The notes below the pieces were generated by a model. It ran no database searches, was not told where the DNA came from, and was given only the letters and a program-made list of their open reading frames with translations. DNA of 63,957 nt, the filler included, from Basidioascus undulatus (taxonomy: Eukaryota), in the NCBI GenBank assembly GCA_000826855.1. It is 3 parts of 3 records of this genome, joined end to end, with 100 filler letters (N's around TTAATTAATTAA, not from the genome) between each part and the next. Parts side by side here need not be neighbours in the genome. Positions count along the whole stretch, not along the records: positions 1 to 21,828 come from JTLS01000314.1; positions 21,929 to 43,755 come from JTLS01000315.1; 1 more part is not named here. The stretch is one strand, 5' to 3'. Below, in pieces: positions 12,218-24,562 of this stretch (positions are counted from its first letter, which is position 1; the number at the start of each line of letters is the position of its first letter). A program made the translations under genes and the position numbers.

Positions 12218-15200
12218 ATGGGTGCCGGTCTTTCAACTTCGACTTCGGCCTCCCGCGGCTTCACGCTCGACTCGTTCGTCGCCGAGCTGGGCGGTGATGT
12301 TGTCTACGAGAAGAGGTCCGGCTCTCCCAGTCGATCTCGTTGTTCTGCGCAACAGATTTCGCTGATAGTTGAAGGTTACAGCCTGGGAACATCGCGGTTC
12401 CTAAAGACCATTCGAGGACGCAACAAGAATGGGCGCATCGTCGTCAAGATCTTCAGCAAGGCCGACCCCGGCATGCCGCTGTTCCAGTTCGTGCGAAGGC
12501 TGAAGAGTGCGTGGATCATCATTGCTCGGGATCATGCATGGGTCTGATAGGAGGGGGGATTAAGAGGAGCGCACGCAGCTCATGGGCATACCGAACGTCT
12601 ACACCTATCAGCACTTTATCGAGACCGAGAAGGCGGGCTACATGAGCCGGCAGTGGCTGGGGAGCAATCTGTACGACCGGATAAGGTGCGTGTCCATATT
12701 TCGTGCTGCAACGAGAGAAAAGATGGGAGTTTGTGGAACGTACAGGGATGGTTTGGTTGTACGAGCGTCTTCGCCAAGCCGGAGAACGAAGCTTACGGAG
12801 GAGCGCTGCTCAAACCCCTCATGAACCACGAGCTTATCCCTTACCCCAAACCAGCACTCGGCCGTTCCTCAGCCTCGTGGAGAAGAAATGGATCGCCTTC
12901 CAGCTCTTGTGTGCCATGCGGGATGCTCGGGCATGCAACGTACGTCTCTATAGCTTGTCCCATCGGCCCGGCGCTGATCTCATTTGTTTCCCAGGTCTCT
13001 CACGGCGACATTAAGTCCGAGAACGTGCTCGTGACGTCCTCCAACTGGGTCTACCTCACCGACTTCGCCGCGTTCAAGCCCACCTTCCTCCCGCTCGACG
13101 ATCCCTCCGACTTCTCCTTCTTCTTCGACACCTCCTCGCGCCGGACATGCTACGTCGCGCCCGAGCGCTTCTATGAGGCGGACTCGAAGATCGCGAAGAG
13201 GAGGGAGGTGGAGCTCGAGCGCGGCGACGAGCACGAGGGCAAGCGCGTCCGCGTAAGCGAGGCGATGGACGTGTTCTCTGCGGGCTGCGTGGTAGCCGAG
13301 CTCTTCCTGGAGGGCAGCCCGCTGTTCACGTTCAGCCAGCTGCTGCGGTACCGCGAGCGAGAGTACGACCCAGAGCCATCGCTGGCTGGGATCGAGGATG
13401 AGCACATCAGGGTGCGTTCAGGCGTCGACAGCTTGCCAGTGTGTACTGATCGATGGTCTCCCCCAGGATATGGTTCGCAGCATGATCTCGCGCGATCCGT
13501 CCGCGCGCCTGTCATTCGCCGGCTATCTCTCAGAATACCGCGCGAAAGCCTTCCCCGAGACGTTCTACATCTTCCTTCACTCGTACCTCGCGGGCATCAA
13601 CGAGATCGTCTCGACCTCTCCGACCCCGCCGCCGTCCGGCTTGAGCTCGCAGCCCGCTCCGTCCAACGCGTCCGCAGCGGGCGACGTGCCAGCAGTCCCA
13701 TCGTCCGGCTCGAGCTCGAGCGTGGTCGCGGATGAGAGGATCGAGCGCCTGTGGGCGGATTGGAGCGAGATCGCTTCGTATTTTGGCGGCGAGGCGGTGA
13801 CGAACGACCACGCTGGCGGATGCGAAGCGGCGGAAGCCGTCGCGCCGTCCAAGGTGCTTTCCCGGCGTCGCTGGATTGCCTGGTCCGCTGGCCCCAAGCT
13901 GACTTTGCTGGTTACAGACCGTCTTCCCCGTTCGCCTCAACATCCCGAACGTCCCTTCACCTGCTCTTCAGCCTGCGACGCCCGGACAGCACACCGATGA
14001 AGGTGGGACATGGCTCAACTGGTCAGTACGTTCAGGCGACCAAGCTGACATCGCATGCTCAACAGACGGTACCGCGCTGATCGTCTCCAGCTTGATCTGC
14101 GCAACGATGCGCAACTGTCTCCGGCCGAGTTCGAAACAGCGCGCGCTCGAGCTCCTCCTCGCTACCGCTCCTCATCTTTCCGACGAGACTAAGCTCGACC
14201 GCATGCTGCCTTACGTCGTCTCATTGCTGGCCGACGAGGTCGCTCCTGTCCGAGCCGCTGCATTACGCACGGTGACGCAGCTAGTGTGTACTTTGTGACC
14301 TTCTCCAGATCCATCAAAGTTGATGATATGTCTTTCACACAGCTCCTCCTCGTTGGCGCGATCACCCCCTCGAACGCCTCCGTCTTCCCCGAGTACATCG
14401 TTCCACACATCCAGTCGCTCACGACCGATCCCGACGTCGGCGTCCGCTCGATGCTCGCGCAGTGCATAGCACCGCTGGCTGAAGTCGGAGGACGCTTCCT
14501 CGAGATGACGCAAGCGATGAAGGCGCACGGCTCGTTCAAGCTCGGGGCGACCTCCGATGGGGAGCTGTTGGACGGGACGGACGCCTTTGAGGTGGGTCCC
14601 CCTCTGCATCTTTCCCAAACGTTCTCCGCTAATGATCCAATTTTCCTAAGGCTTCCTACGACGTCTCGCTCCAGGACCTGCAGAACGTTGTCCAAACGCT
14701 CGTCACCTCGCTCCTCATCGATCAATCGCCGGTCGTGCGCCGAATCCTCCTCTCCAACGCCGTGCCCCTCTGCCTCTTCTTCGGCCGCACCAGGTCGAAC
14801 GACATCATTCTCTCGCACGTCATCACATACCTCAACGACCGCGACTGGCAAGTTCGCGCGGCGTTCTTCGAGAACATCGTCGGCATCGCGACGTGCGTCG
14901 GCGGGCGCAGCGTCGAGGAATACATCTTGCCTCTCGTCGTTCAGGCGCTCGCCGGTAAGCAGCTTGACAACGCTCTTGGAGAGTCTCTTATCTTACATGA
15001 ATGGGCTTGAAGACGTCGAGGAGACCGTCGTCGTCAAGGTACTCAACGCGCTGACGAGTTTGGCGGAGCTCGGCTTGTTCAACAAGATCAGGCTATGGGA
15101 GCTCATCAACGTCACCGCCGGTTTCCTCGCTCATCCGAACGTGTGGATGCGCCAGAGTGAGTGCTGATTCATTACATTACGAGTCTTTACCGCCCTGACA

Positions 15201-18200
15201 TCCCGTTTGAAGGCGCTGCGGGTTTCATCTCCGCCTCGGCCAAGCAGCTCCCGGCCACGGACGTCTGGTGCATCATCTACCCCTCCCTCCGTCCTTTACT
15301 GAAAGCCGACCTGCGCGTCATCAACGAGCTCTCCTTGCTGGACACCGTGGTCGAACCTGTGAATCGTTTTGACTGTAGACTGATTTGCACGACAGAGTTC
15401 TGACAGCGTTCTCTAGCTTCCTCGCCAAATGCTCGAAGCCGCGATGGCATGGTCCCTCAAGCCGGAGCAGTCGCTGTTCTGGAAGGCCGCCGCGCGCGAC
15501 AGCAGAGGCAAGGGAGCTGTTGCGATCCCCAAAGACGGCTTGAAGGCGCTGCGTAGTTCGATGCTTCTGCCTGCGAAAGGCACACTCACGCTTTCAGACG
15601 AGTGAGTCCGCATTTGAGTTAGCTTTTGATGTGTGCTCTGACGCACATCACCCTCATGTAGCGACGAGATTCAGCTCGAGAAGCTACGGCATGCGGGCTT
15701 GAAGCCGGAGGACGAGGTCAAGCTCGTGGCGCTGCGCGACTATCTTTGGTCCGTGGCGCATATGCAAAGGTGCGTTCACGTGCTTACCTCCGCTGTGCTA
15801 CAGCTGAACATCAATGCCCCCTTTCAGCTCGACCAGCCGCCTCGGCGTCGGCACGGACGGCGAATCGATACGTGCCGGCGACAGCGTCCAGCTCTCCGAC
15901 CTCAACGTTGCTCCTCAAACGGTCTTCGTAGGCCTCCGCACCTCCGAACTTGTCGCGGGCTCCCTCGAAGCCGCTCTCCGTCCGCGCAGCAGCCTCTCGC
16001 GCCAGCAGAGCATCGAAAGCTGGTCACGCCACGTCTCGATGACGCCGCGCATGACGCCTCCCCCAGACATGACACGCAGCTCGCGCGACTACGGCGCGAG
16101 CGATCTGCGACGCCGTCTCGCGCTCGGAGACGGCTCTTCCACGTCGCTGGCGCTGCCGAGTCCGCCCTCCCAAGAGCTTTCGACGCCGAACGCTCTCGAC
16201 ATCCCCGGATTGCCCCAGCTTTCCCAGCGTCCTGTCGAACTCGCACCGTCCAGCCCGTCCGAATCCGCCATTTCCTTTTCAGCTCAGGGCTCGCCGATCA
16301 TCGGCCGCCATCGCGGCCGCAGGGTGCCCATCGGCTCTTCCGACACCCAGAAAGCCGCGCCCGCCGTAGCGTCCAGCATGACGAACGCCATCGGCACGCT
16401 CGAGATCCCTTCTAAGCTGCGCCAGCTTGAGGAGGAGGCGCTGGTCTCCGGTCGGACGACGCCTGTGTCCAACGTGGGCGGTCCGTCCGGTCGAGCTGAC
16501 TACCACACGTTCGAGTCGAGGCCGTTCTACCACACCTACGGTGCGCTATCCCGCTGAGTTTGACTCCCTTGCGGCGTCGAGCTCATGCTGTGTCGCTTCG
16601 TGCAGAGGGCCGCGATCCTGCCATTCTCACCCTCCTCGAGCAAACATGCCTCGACAACTTCCGCCCACCCATGCCCGAGTTCGGCCCTCGCATCACGCCT
16701 GGGCCGCCGCGGCGCCGCGCGATCCGTCAGACGTTCCATCCGCGCGAGCGGTCCAACCGCACTTCGAACGCGACGCTCATCGCGCACCTCACCGAGCACA
16801 AGTCGGCCGTAACTGCCATCGCCGTCTCGCCCGACCACCTCTTCTTCGTCACGGCCTCGTCCGACGGAAGCGTTCGCGTATGGGATTCAGCGCGCCTTGA
16901 GAAGAACGTGACGAGCCGGGCACGCCAGACGTTCTCGCGCGACGGCGGACGCGTTACCGCGCTGTGCATGCTCGAGAACTCGCACTGCGTCGCCATCGCT
17001 GCGGAAGACGGGAGTCTCGCTGTCCTTCGCGTGGACGTGACACAGGGCAGCTCGATGCCGAAGTACAGCAAGCTCACCGTGATCCGGGACTATCAACTCG
17101 AAGACGAAGGCGAGTACATCACGACGATGCATCATTTCAACACCGGTGAGCGCATCATAGGTTTCAATCGTATCGGAATACCTCTCTGACTATTTGTTGC
17201 CCCTCAAGACACTTCCTCTAACCTCCTTTTCGCCACATCATGCTCCACCATCTCGATCCTTGACCTCCGCACTCTTCGCACTACTCTCTCAATGACCGCC
17301 CCGCTTGAACACGGCCCGATCACGAGCATCTGCGTCGACCGGCGCCGGACGTGGCTCGTCGCCGGCACGGCATCGGGCCACCTCACGCTGTGGGACCTCC
17401 GCTTCGGTCTCCTGCTGCGCTCATGGCGCGTCCGGCGGCCGGGCGCGACGGTGCAGCAGATCGAGCTGCACCCAAACAAGGGCCGGGGCCGGTGGATCGT
17501 CGTCGCGCTGGGCGAAGCGCCCGAGGGCCCTTCGGCGCGCGCTCAGGTCCCCTTCGTCGAGGTCTGGGACGTCGACCGTGGGCGCCTGGTCGAGTCGTAC
17601 GAGATCGGGTCGACCGGCGAGACTGAGCCGATAGCTTCATCCGCTTCCTCCGCTGGACGCTCGCCGCAGCCGCCCGCTGTCCAGGCTCCCCCCGACCCCG
17701 TCGTGCTCTCGCCAGCCGAGGCGATCGAGCAGATCCTCCGCACCCGCTCGCAGGCGTCGCCCTCCCCTTTCCCTGAACCCGCCCCCGACTCATCCACATC
17801 CCTTCTCGTTCCCGTTGCGCCCTCCGCCCGAACGTTCCTTGTCAGCTCGTCCAGCGAGTCGTCGCGCACTGCACCGGGATGGGTTGACGGCGCGGTATCC
17901 GTTGTGGGCGATACGCTACCCCCGGGAAGCGACGGGTACCTCATCGTCGGTGGAGACGACCGGCGAATACGCTTCTGGGATCTGGGGGCCTGGGAACGTT
18001 CGGGCACACTTAGCGGCGGCGACCTAGACGAGAGAGGTCCGACGTACTCGTACGTTGTCGATACTTTCGTCTGTTCGCCCTTGGAGATTGAAGCTGACAT
18101 TTGACCTCGTCAATAGTACCGAGCAACCTGCGTCCTCGTCCTCGCCGGTCCGGCACATCGAGCAGCCCGCGACGGCGCACCACCGCCGACATCGGACGGC

Positions 18201-18342
18201 GCTCATCAGCCACCAGCAGCAGCACCTGCTGCGACAGCACCACGACGCCGTCACCGCGCTCGGCTTCCTCGAGTCTCCGTTCCGTTGTCTCGTCAGCGGC
18301 GATCGCGCGGGGGTCGTAAAAGTGTGGCGGCTGGAGGACTGA
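12218..18342 (+). CDS. VPS15: PI3-kinase regulatory subunit Vps15 (kinase-HEAT-WD40), multi-exon
   Basis: MGAGLS myristoylation motif; LYDRIS|TRPF; HGDIKSENV..LTDFAAFKPTFLP..RRTCYVAPERF; HEAT region ITYLNDRDWQVRAAFF; WD40 repeats; ends VKVWRLED*. Confidence 0.97.
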
Positions 18343-18820
18343 GCGTGGCGAGCTTATGATTTATTTGTTTTGACTGGTTGTGTGTGTTGGCTGTCCGCCA
18401 GGATGTGTTTGAGGGGAAAGTCACGTAGCTGAGTAGTGTCACTTCAAGAATGGTAATGATCGGAAGTCGTCACGGAGGATAGAGGCCTGACTTGCATCCG
18501 ATTCGAGGCCGACAGATGCAACAGTTTGAATCACGAGTGCGCTTGCGCGGTCTGCATGCTTCTCCGCCAATCGTCAATAGCTGCGGTAACTAGAAGCCTT
18601 CACGTTATCTATTGATGCTTGTCCACTCTATCCAGCATCCCCGGAACTGATCTCCGACGGTAGACAAATCGATGATAGTGTATAACCGTTTGCGCACGCG
18701 CACAGTCCACCTCCCGTGTCCTGCACCTCATCCCCTCTCCACTCCACTGAGATCTCGGCCCGCATCCCCCGTCCTCAACCCACCTTCTCACCCCGTCTCC
18801 TCCCCTCATTCCCGCCCAGG

Positions 18821-20255
18821 TCACGGGCGCTTGACGACGACCGCGCCCTCGTCCTCCTCGTCCTCCTCGGTCCCCTCGCTCCAGCCCTTGCTGCTCGCCG
18901 AGGCAGGGACGGGCTCGTCCACTATTTGCGGGCCCGGGCTCGGGCTCGGCACGCCCGCGACGGACGCGGGCTCGCGCTGCTCGGGCCGCGGCTGCGGCGG
19001 CGCGGGCTTATCTGTCGCGGACGCGAGGGCGACGCGCTGCGCCGCGGGGAGGGACGTCGAGCGCTGCGAGAGCTCCCGAAGGGCGGTGAGCATCAGCTCG
19101 TATGTACGCTCGGTGAGCGCGGGGACGTCGGAGGCTGTCAGGCCGGCGGTGGGGATGGGGGGAAGGACTGAGTGTGGAGGCGAAAGGCAAGGTCAGTATG
19201 CTCCTCCACAGCCCCGCATACCGCCCCGTCCCAACGCTGAGGAAAATGTGCGAGGCCCACTCACCCTTTATTCCCAGCTCACCGCGCTCGAAGCGCGCGC
19301 CCCGGCCGTCGCCCTTCGCCGCGCCCTTCTTCCCACCGCCAAAGTTGACAATGTGCCAGTAGTTCTCACAGACGACGGGCACGATGGGCACCTGCGCCTG
19401 GACGGCGAGGTGGAACGCGCCCTTCTTGAAGGGGAGGAGGGAGGGCTCGGGCGAGGAGGAGCGCGTGCCTTCGGGGAAGACCCAGAGGGAGATCTGGAAG
19501 GACAGTGGGAGGGGCGGCGTAAGAAAGGGAAAGGAAGGGGAGATGGGGAGGGGGGAATGAGAAAAGGAGGAAAAAAGAAAGGACGCACACCCTTGCGCTT
19601 CATGTCCTCGCCGACTTGGTCGAACGCCTTGATCGCGTTTGCCCGGTCCTTGCGGTTGATGAAGACCGCTCCGGAGAGGGACACTGTTGTCCTATACCAT
19701 GTCAGGGACGCCGTCCTGCGTCCGAGAAAGGTAAAGAGAATCAGACGCACTCCACCAGCCGAGAAGGGGCATGTTCTTGATCTCGCGCTTGGCCATGATG
19801 CTCGTGAACCGGGGGAAGATCCGGCCGAGATACAGAATGTCGAGCGCGCTCTGGTGGTTACCAACGATGACCGCGGGGGTCCTAGACTTCCCGTCTGCGC
19901 CGCCGTCGCCCTCGGCGAGGGCCTGGAGGTGCTCCTCGCCCTCGACTCTGAAGCGCCAGCCGACGAGGGGCCCGACAGTGTGGTAGAACGTGCGTGCGAC
20001 GATGTAGTTGATGCGGTAGCGGAGGTTGGGCCCGCCGAGGGAGAGCACGAGCGAGACGAGCACGCCGTAGATCGAGACGGTCGCCAGGCCCGTCGTGTAC
20101 GCCGCGGTGTGCAGGACGAGCTTGAGCAGGCGCGCCGGGGTCGACTTGGGTGCGAGCAGCAGCAGCGGCGCGGCGAGCGCGGAGGCGATCGCTAGGGGCG
20201 GCATGAGCGTGCCGAGAAGCGAGCTGGAGGAGGAGGCGGGGGATGTGTCGGGCAT
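18821..20255 (-). CDS. SLC1: 1-acyl-sn-glycerol-3-phosphate acyltransferase
   Basis: PlsC motifs [34 protein letters not shown], with N-terminal TM helices. Confidence 0.93.
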
Positions 20256-20859
20256 GGTGCAGAGCGAGCGCGATGGGCTGCGAGCGAGGCGCGAAGGGGC
20301 TCGGCCTCAGTGAAGACCGGTCCGACTGGCCGGCGTGTCGCAGATGCCGGGTGGAAGGAGGGAAGGGCAGACCAAGTGCAACGGCAGGGGTAGCGAGGCG
20401 GGTGTGGTCGACAGCGAGCACGAAGAGTTCGGTGGTGAAGATGGGCAACTTGCGGAAGGAGCGAAGAGGCCAAGGAGCAAGGAACGTTGAGGGAAGGAGC
20501 CCGCGCTCAGGCGTCGACGAAATCGCGCTTTACGTGGAACCGACACTGTGCAGCAGATCATTTCGATCACTCTGATGATGGGTTTTGATCTGCTGCAGAG
20601 ATTGATATTAAAGTATATATGATCATGATGAGGTGTTGCGAGATGCTGACATTGGACTCTGCAACGTTCGACCATGGCAGGCAGTCTCACCAAGTCTCAC
20701 TCAGGTCAAGTTGCTGCTGGGTGCCTAACTGTCAACGCTGCTTGTCTTTCCTCTGCCCGAGCTCTCCCGGTACTGTCCGTTCTTTCACATAAACAAATCG
20801 AACCGCAAATCGAAAGGCAGTCTAGTACACCTAGATAGCACAGAAAGGAATCCATGTCT

Positions 20860-21828
20860 CTAAGCCCGGTGGTACGGGTCGTTGTAGCCCCCGCGCCCGC
20901 CATCATAGCTGTACCGGGCTTCCCAGGCTGCATTGTCCTGAAGGGGTTGGTAGGCCTTGCTCATGGGGCGATCGGACTGGTATTGAGAGTTGAGAACGTG
21001 AGACTCCGCGCGGCGCGACGCCTCCTTGTCCTCGAGCTGGTGCTGGTACGCGCGCGCGACGTGCGTTATCCAACAGAGGAAGAGGACGGTGAGGGCGGCG
21101 ACCTGTTCCACAAGCAGACGCAGGAGAGTGAGTTAGTGCTGTGCGCGTGCAAAAATAGGGGAGAAGAAAAAGAGACGCACGATCGGCAGCCCATACTTCA
21201 TCGCCGTGATAGCGGCACGGCACACCTGGCCCCTGTGGTCCGCTGCGTCCTTGAGGTCCTGCGTCGACTGGTCGAGGGCAGAAGTCGCGTTGTTCAGCTT
21301 GGCGAGCTGTTCATCGAGCTCGCTCCGGATGGCATCCTCGCTGTCCCGGACAGAAGGCGATCAAGATGAGCGGGGAAGCCTTCTAGGGGGAGGAACGGGA
21401 GGAGGACTTACCAGCGCTTCTGCTGCTCGCCGGAGAGGTTGTAGAACCGGATGATCCCCCAAGTCGACGCGGCGATGATAGCGATGATGTATCCCTATTT
21501 CACATCCAAATCCGGTCACATCATCAGTACTCCCAGTCTCCAGCTCCCCCCCACTCTCCCCACGCGCCTTACGAAAACAACACTCACGATCATAGTCCAC
21601 CCAAACGCCTTCACGGCCCCCTTCCAAGCTCCCAAACACCCCACGACGCCCAGCACGCCCGCGAGCGCGAGCGTCGCGTACAGCGACCCGACCACGAGCG
21701 CAGCGACGCGGATGTCGTCGTCCGGGTTCGTCAGGCGCGAGTACGAGTAGAAAATGCCTGCGCTGACGAGCGCGGTGAGAAGGGCCGTGGAGAATGTGAA
21801 GAGAAGGGCCCCGAGGCGCACGGGCTGG
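20860..21828 (-). CDS. Tetraspanin-like multi-pass membrane protein (5' end lost in gap)
   Basis: Hydrophobic helices (LLFTFSTALLTALVSAG, VAALVVGSLYATLALAGVLGVVG, QVAALTVLFLCW) with a Cys-containing loop and canonical introns. Confidence 0.55.
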
Positions 21829-21928
21829 NNNNNNNNNNNNNNNNNNNNNNNNNNNNNNNNNNNNNNNNNNNNTTAATTAATTAANNNNNNNNNNNNNNNN
21901 NNNNNNNNNNNNNNNNNNNNNNNNNNNN
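21829..21928. other. Assembly gap with artificial TTAATTAATTAA spacer
   Basis: 44 N + TTAATTAATTAA (21873-21884) + 44 N; the same layout occurs at 43756-43855. Confidence 0.97.
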
Positions 21929-22222
21929 TCCTACCTCCCGCCCAGCACCCCCTCTGCGTCCCCCGTCCTCCCAGTCCCCAAGCTCTTCGCCGCGCTTTCC
22001 ACCTTCGCCCTCCTCGCCGCGCTCGTCCTCCTCCTCCTCCTCAACCGCGCGCCCGCCGGAGGGAAGTTCTCCCCCTGGTTCAGGATGGCGATCGCCCCCG
22101 CCGTGTGCACGTGGGGCGCGAAGGGCATGCGCTGGGAGGAGCGCGCATGGTGGGCTCTGCCGGGCGTGGGGCTGGCGGCCGCTTGGGCGGGAGGGTGGTG
22201 GGCTAGGAGGGTGAGGGGGTAG
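21929..22222 (+). CDS. 3' fragment of a membrane-protein gene (5' part lost in gap)
   Basis: Open frame LFAALSTFALLAALVLLLLL...WWALPGVGLAAAWAGGWWARRVRG* with GC3-rich codons. Confidence 0.4.
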   Translation, partial: SYLPPSTPSASPVLPVPKLFAALSTFALLAALVLLLLLNRAPAGGKFSPWFRMAIAPAVCTWGAKGMRWEERAWWALPGVGLAAAWAGGWWARRVRG

Positions 22223-22906
22223 GAGTGTGAGGGGGTAGGGGTTGTGGATTAGGGATGGAGAGGTCGGAAAGAATGGGGTTTGAGGGGAGGCGAATGGCGG
22301 ATCGACGGATCAGCATTGACAACGGGTGTTCGTGGGGTCATTCTTAGCTGTGTTGGGTTCTCGGAGGTTGCGTTGGCAAGATTAGTTGTGTATAGGCAGC
22401 AGGAGCCCATCAGGAACCGTTGGGTGCAACACACACCCTCTTAGCCCCACCAACCTGGTCGGGCTGTCCCGACTGAGCAGGCGACGAGACCCACGTCTTT
22501 GTAGCTGGAGCAGGTGGGCAATCCATCCCACACAGTAAACGCATGCTTGGCGCAAAGCTTTTCTGTATGCTGTAGGTAGCAGTGACTTGCCTATGCCGTC
22601 TACGATGTGCACCGCCTGCGCGCCTGCTTGGGGTAGTTATCGAAGTTGCGAGTGATAACCACCTGCTTATTTGGCATTAAAGACCATCTTCTGTCATATC
22701 TTTGATCGAAGGTTTGCTCTATCCCGGAAAGGTGCTGTAACACCGACTCTTCCTTATCCGAGCCTTTTTGTCGACTTCTTCAGGGTTGTGGAAGAGACTT
22801 TCTGAGGATGTCTCGCATCACCGTAGCGTTCGACCGTGACATATATCAAATTCACATCGGTACAAAACACCATATCGTATTTCTAAACATTCATCACAGA
22901 AACTCT

Positions 22907-23418
22907 TTTACTCAACCGTCGGCCAGTGCTCCCCCAAGTTTGACTTGTCCTCGGGCTCCCCGTACGAGTCGCCCTGCAACTCTTTCTGGCGCCTGAGCTC
23001 CTCCTACTGTTGCTTGCGCAGCCTCAACACACTTCTAGCGACTCACATAGACCCCGTTGTAGTCACGCGCGTGGCGTCACGGTTGTCGAGGCTGCGGACC
23101 TGTGGCGCCCGGGAAAGCAAATTCTTCATCAGGATTCGCTCATGAGGTACCTCAAACACCATGTCTACGGTCTTCGCTAGGCTGGAGACAAGCACTCACT
23201 CCGGGAGTGTGAATGGACGGGACGCTGGTCCCAATGCTGTGCGTAGGCCACCCGATGATAGGTCCGATCCGGTGCGGAGCTTGAGGCATGTTGTGGCACC
23301 GTCTGTAATAAAGCTGTGAGAGGAGGTGCGTGTAACTTAACGGGAGCCGGCCCAGCAGAAGCGAGCTGGCCGGAAACCAGGCGGCGCAAGCAAGGGCGTG
23401 CGGCGTGAGCTGGACCAT
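22907..23418 (-). pseudogene. Small secreted protein paralogue A (frameshift in signal peptide)
   Basis: MVQLTPHALACAA, then a 1-nt shift to LVSGQLASAGPAP, aligning with paralogue B. In-frame TAG in the apparent last exon. Confidence 0.55.
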
Positions 23419-23520
23419 GATGGTTTTGGCTATGTGTTCGAGTGGTGAAGGTCTTGTTCAAAGTAGGTACGAGTGGGGGCGGTCTGTCTGATGGGGAGGT
23501 GAAAAGAGGCGTCGAAGCCG

Positions 23521-23532
23521 CCCGTATTTATG
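23521..23532 (-). promoter_or_regulatory. TATA-like element CATAAATACGGG of paralogue A
   Basis: Identical 12-mer about 100 nt upstream of both paralogue ATGs. Confidence 0.5.
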
Positions 23533-24087
23533 GCTCTCCGCGAGAAAGTCATATGGCCTGCGTGTGGGTGCTCGACGAGTACATCTATTTATATAAACTC
23601 TGAACTCTTCAACTGAGGTGATCTGCAACGACAGTACGAGCGTGTAACTGCCTCAGCGTAGAGGTTTTGCATCGTCTTTCCGAGGCCGAACCGCAGCACC
23701 CTGGCTTGCACCGCCTCATAGTCTTGCAGTATCATGGGAACGTGGTTAGATTCGTGGGCCGGATTGCCCATCGTAGAGCCACAGCACCTGGCTAGATCGA
23801 TGAGCACTGTCAGTTGGTCGTGGACTCGCAAGAGCCAATCGCTGTAATGCAACAGAACATGGTGGCAATCCAGAATACTTTTGCACATTAAGGAGTGTAC
23901 TTGGGGAGACCACTGAGCAGCCACTGCACCAGAAACGAGCTTATGCCTATTGACACTCTACAGGTTGCAGCAGAGGGAACACCCAGCCGAGCAGCAGGCC
24001 ATGGCGCACTGAAATTCCTCACTGCAGCTTAGATAACATCCACCTGGGTACAAAGCGTGTGTACATATATGCTCAAACGAGTCACGT

Positions 24088-24458
24088 CTACTCAAACAGC
24101 GACTTCAGATCTTCATCGGCCTGTTGGTACGATTCGTGGGCCTGCTGCTCCTGCCGCTCCTGCCCCTTCCGGAGCGCCTCCTTCTTTGACGCGCCGCTGC
24201 AAGTGTGGTATGTGGACGGGAGTATCAGCTTATATTTTTCTTCATTCTCAGCCATACACTTCTCCCTACTCACCTGGGCTTCATCGCCCTCCTTCGTCGT
24301 GGTAATGCCCGACTGCTGAATTATGTCATGACGGAGTAAGTGGCTCAATCGTGTGTCGCCAGAAAGGTGTGTTAGTGACTTACGGCAGCCGGAGCAGCAG
24401 GGAGCTGATCGAACGCCAGGGCGGCGCAGACGAGCGCGTAGGGCAAAAGCTGGACCAT
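24088..24458 (-). CDS. Small secreted protein paralogue B (3 exons)
   Basis: MVQLLPYALVCAALAFDQLPAAPAA signal-peptide-like exon; GTAAGT and GTGAGT donors with CAG acceptors. The last-exon frame is uncertain (stop at 24113 or 24088). Confidence 0.55.
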
Positions 24459-24550
24459 GCTGACGGCAGGGGGACGTGCAAATATTGAAAAGGTAAGGAG
24501 TGTGCGAATGTGGGCAGGTCGACGGAGAGGTGAAGGAAGCCTTAAAGCTG

Positions 24551-24562
24551 CCCGTATTTATG
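24551..24562 (-). promoter_or_regulatory. TATA-like element CATAAATACGGG of paralogue B
   Basis: Same 12-mer as 23521-23532 at an equivalent distance from the ATG. Confidence 0.5.

Noticed and set aside
12990..13080. Non-canonical kinase motifs HGD and DFA in VPS15
   Set aside because: Normal for the Vps15 family.
18672..20195. 507-aa plus-strand ORF and other long GC-rich ORFs (e.g. 3229-4035, 53035-54174)
   Set aside because: These are antisense or off-frame shadows of real genes (SLC1, RRP8, Atg14-like) with no motifs of their own.
21873..21884. TTAATTAATTAA palindrome inside N runs (also 43800-43811)
   Set aside because: Identical 44N-12-44N layout with stops in all six frames marks an artificial contig linker. 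Linkage across it is unproven.
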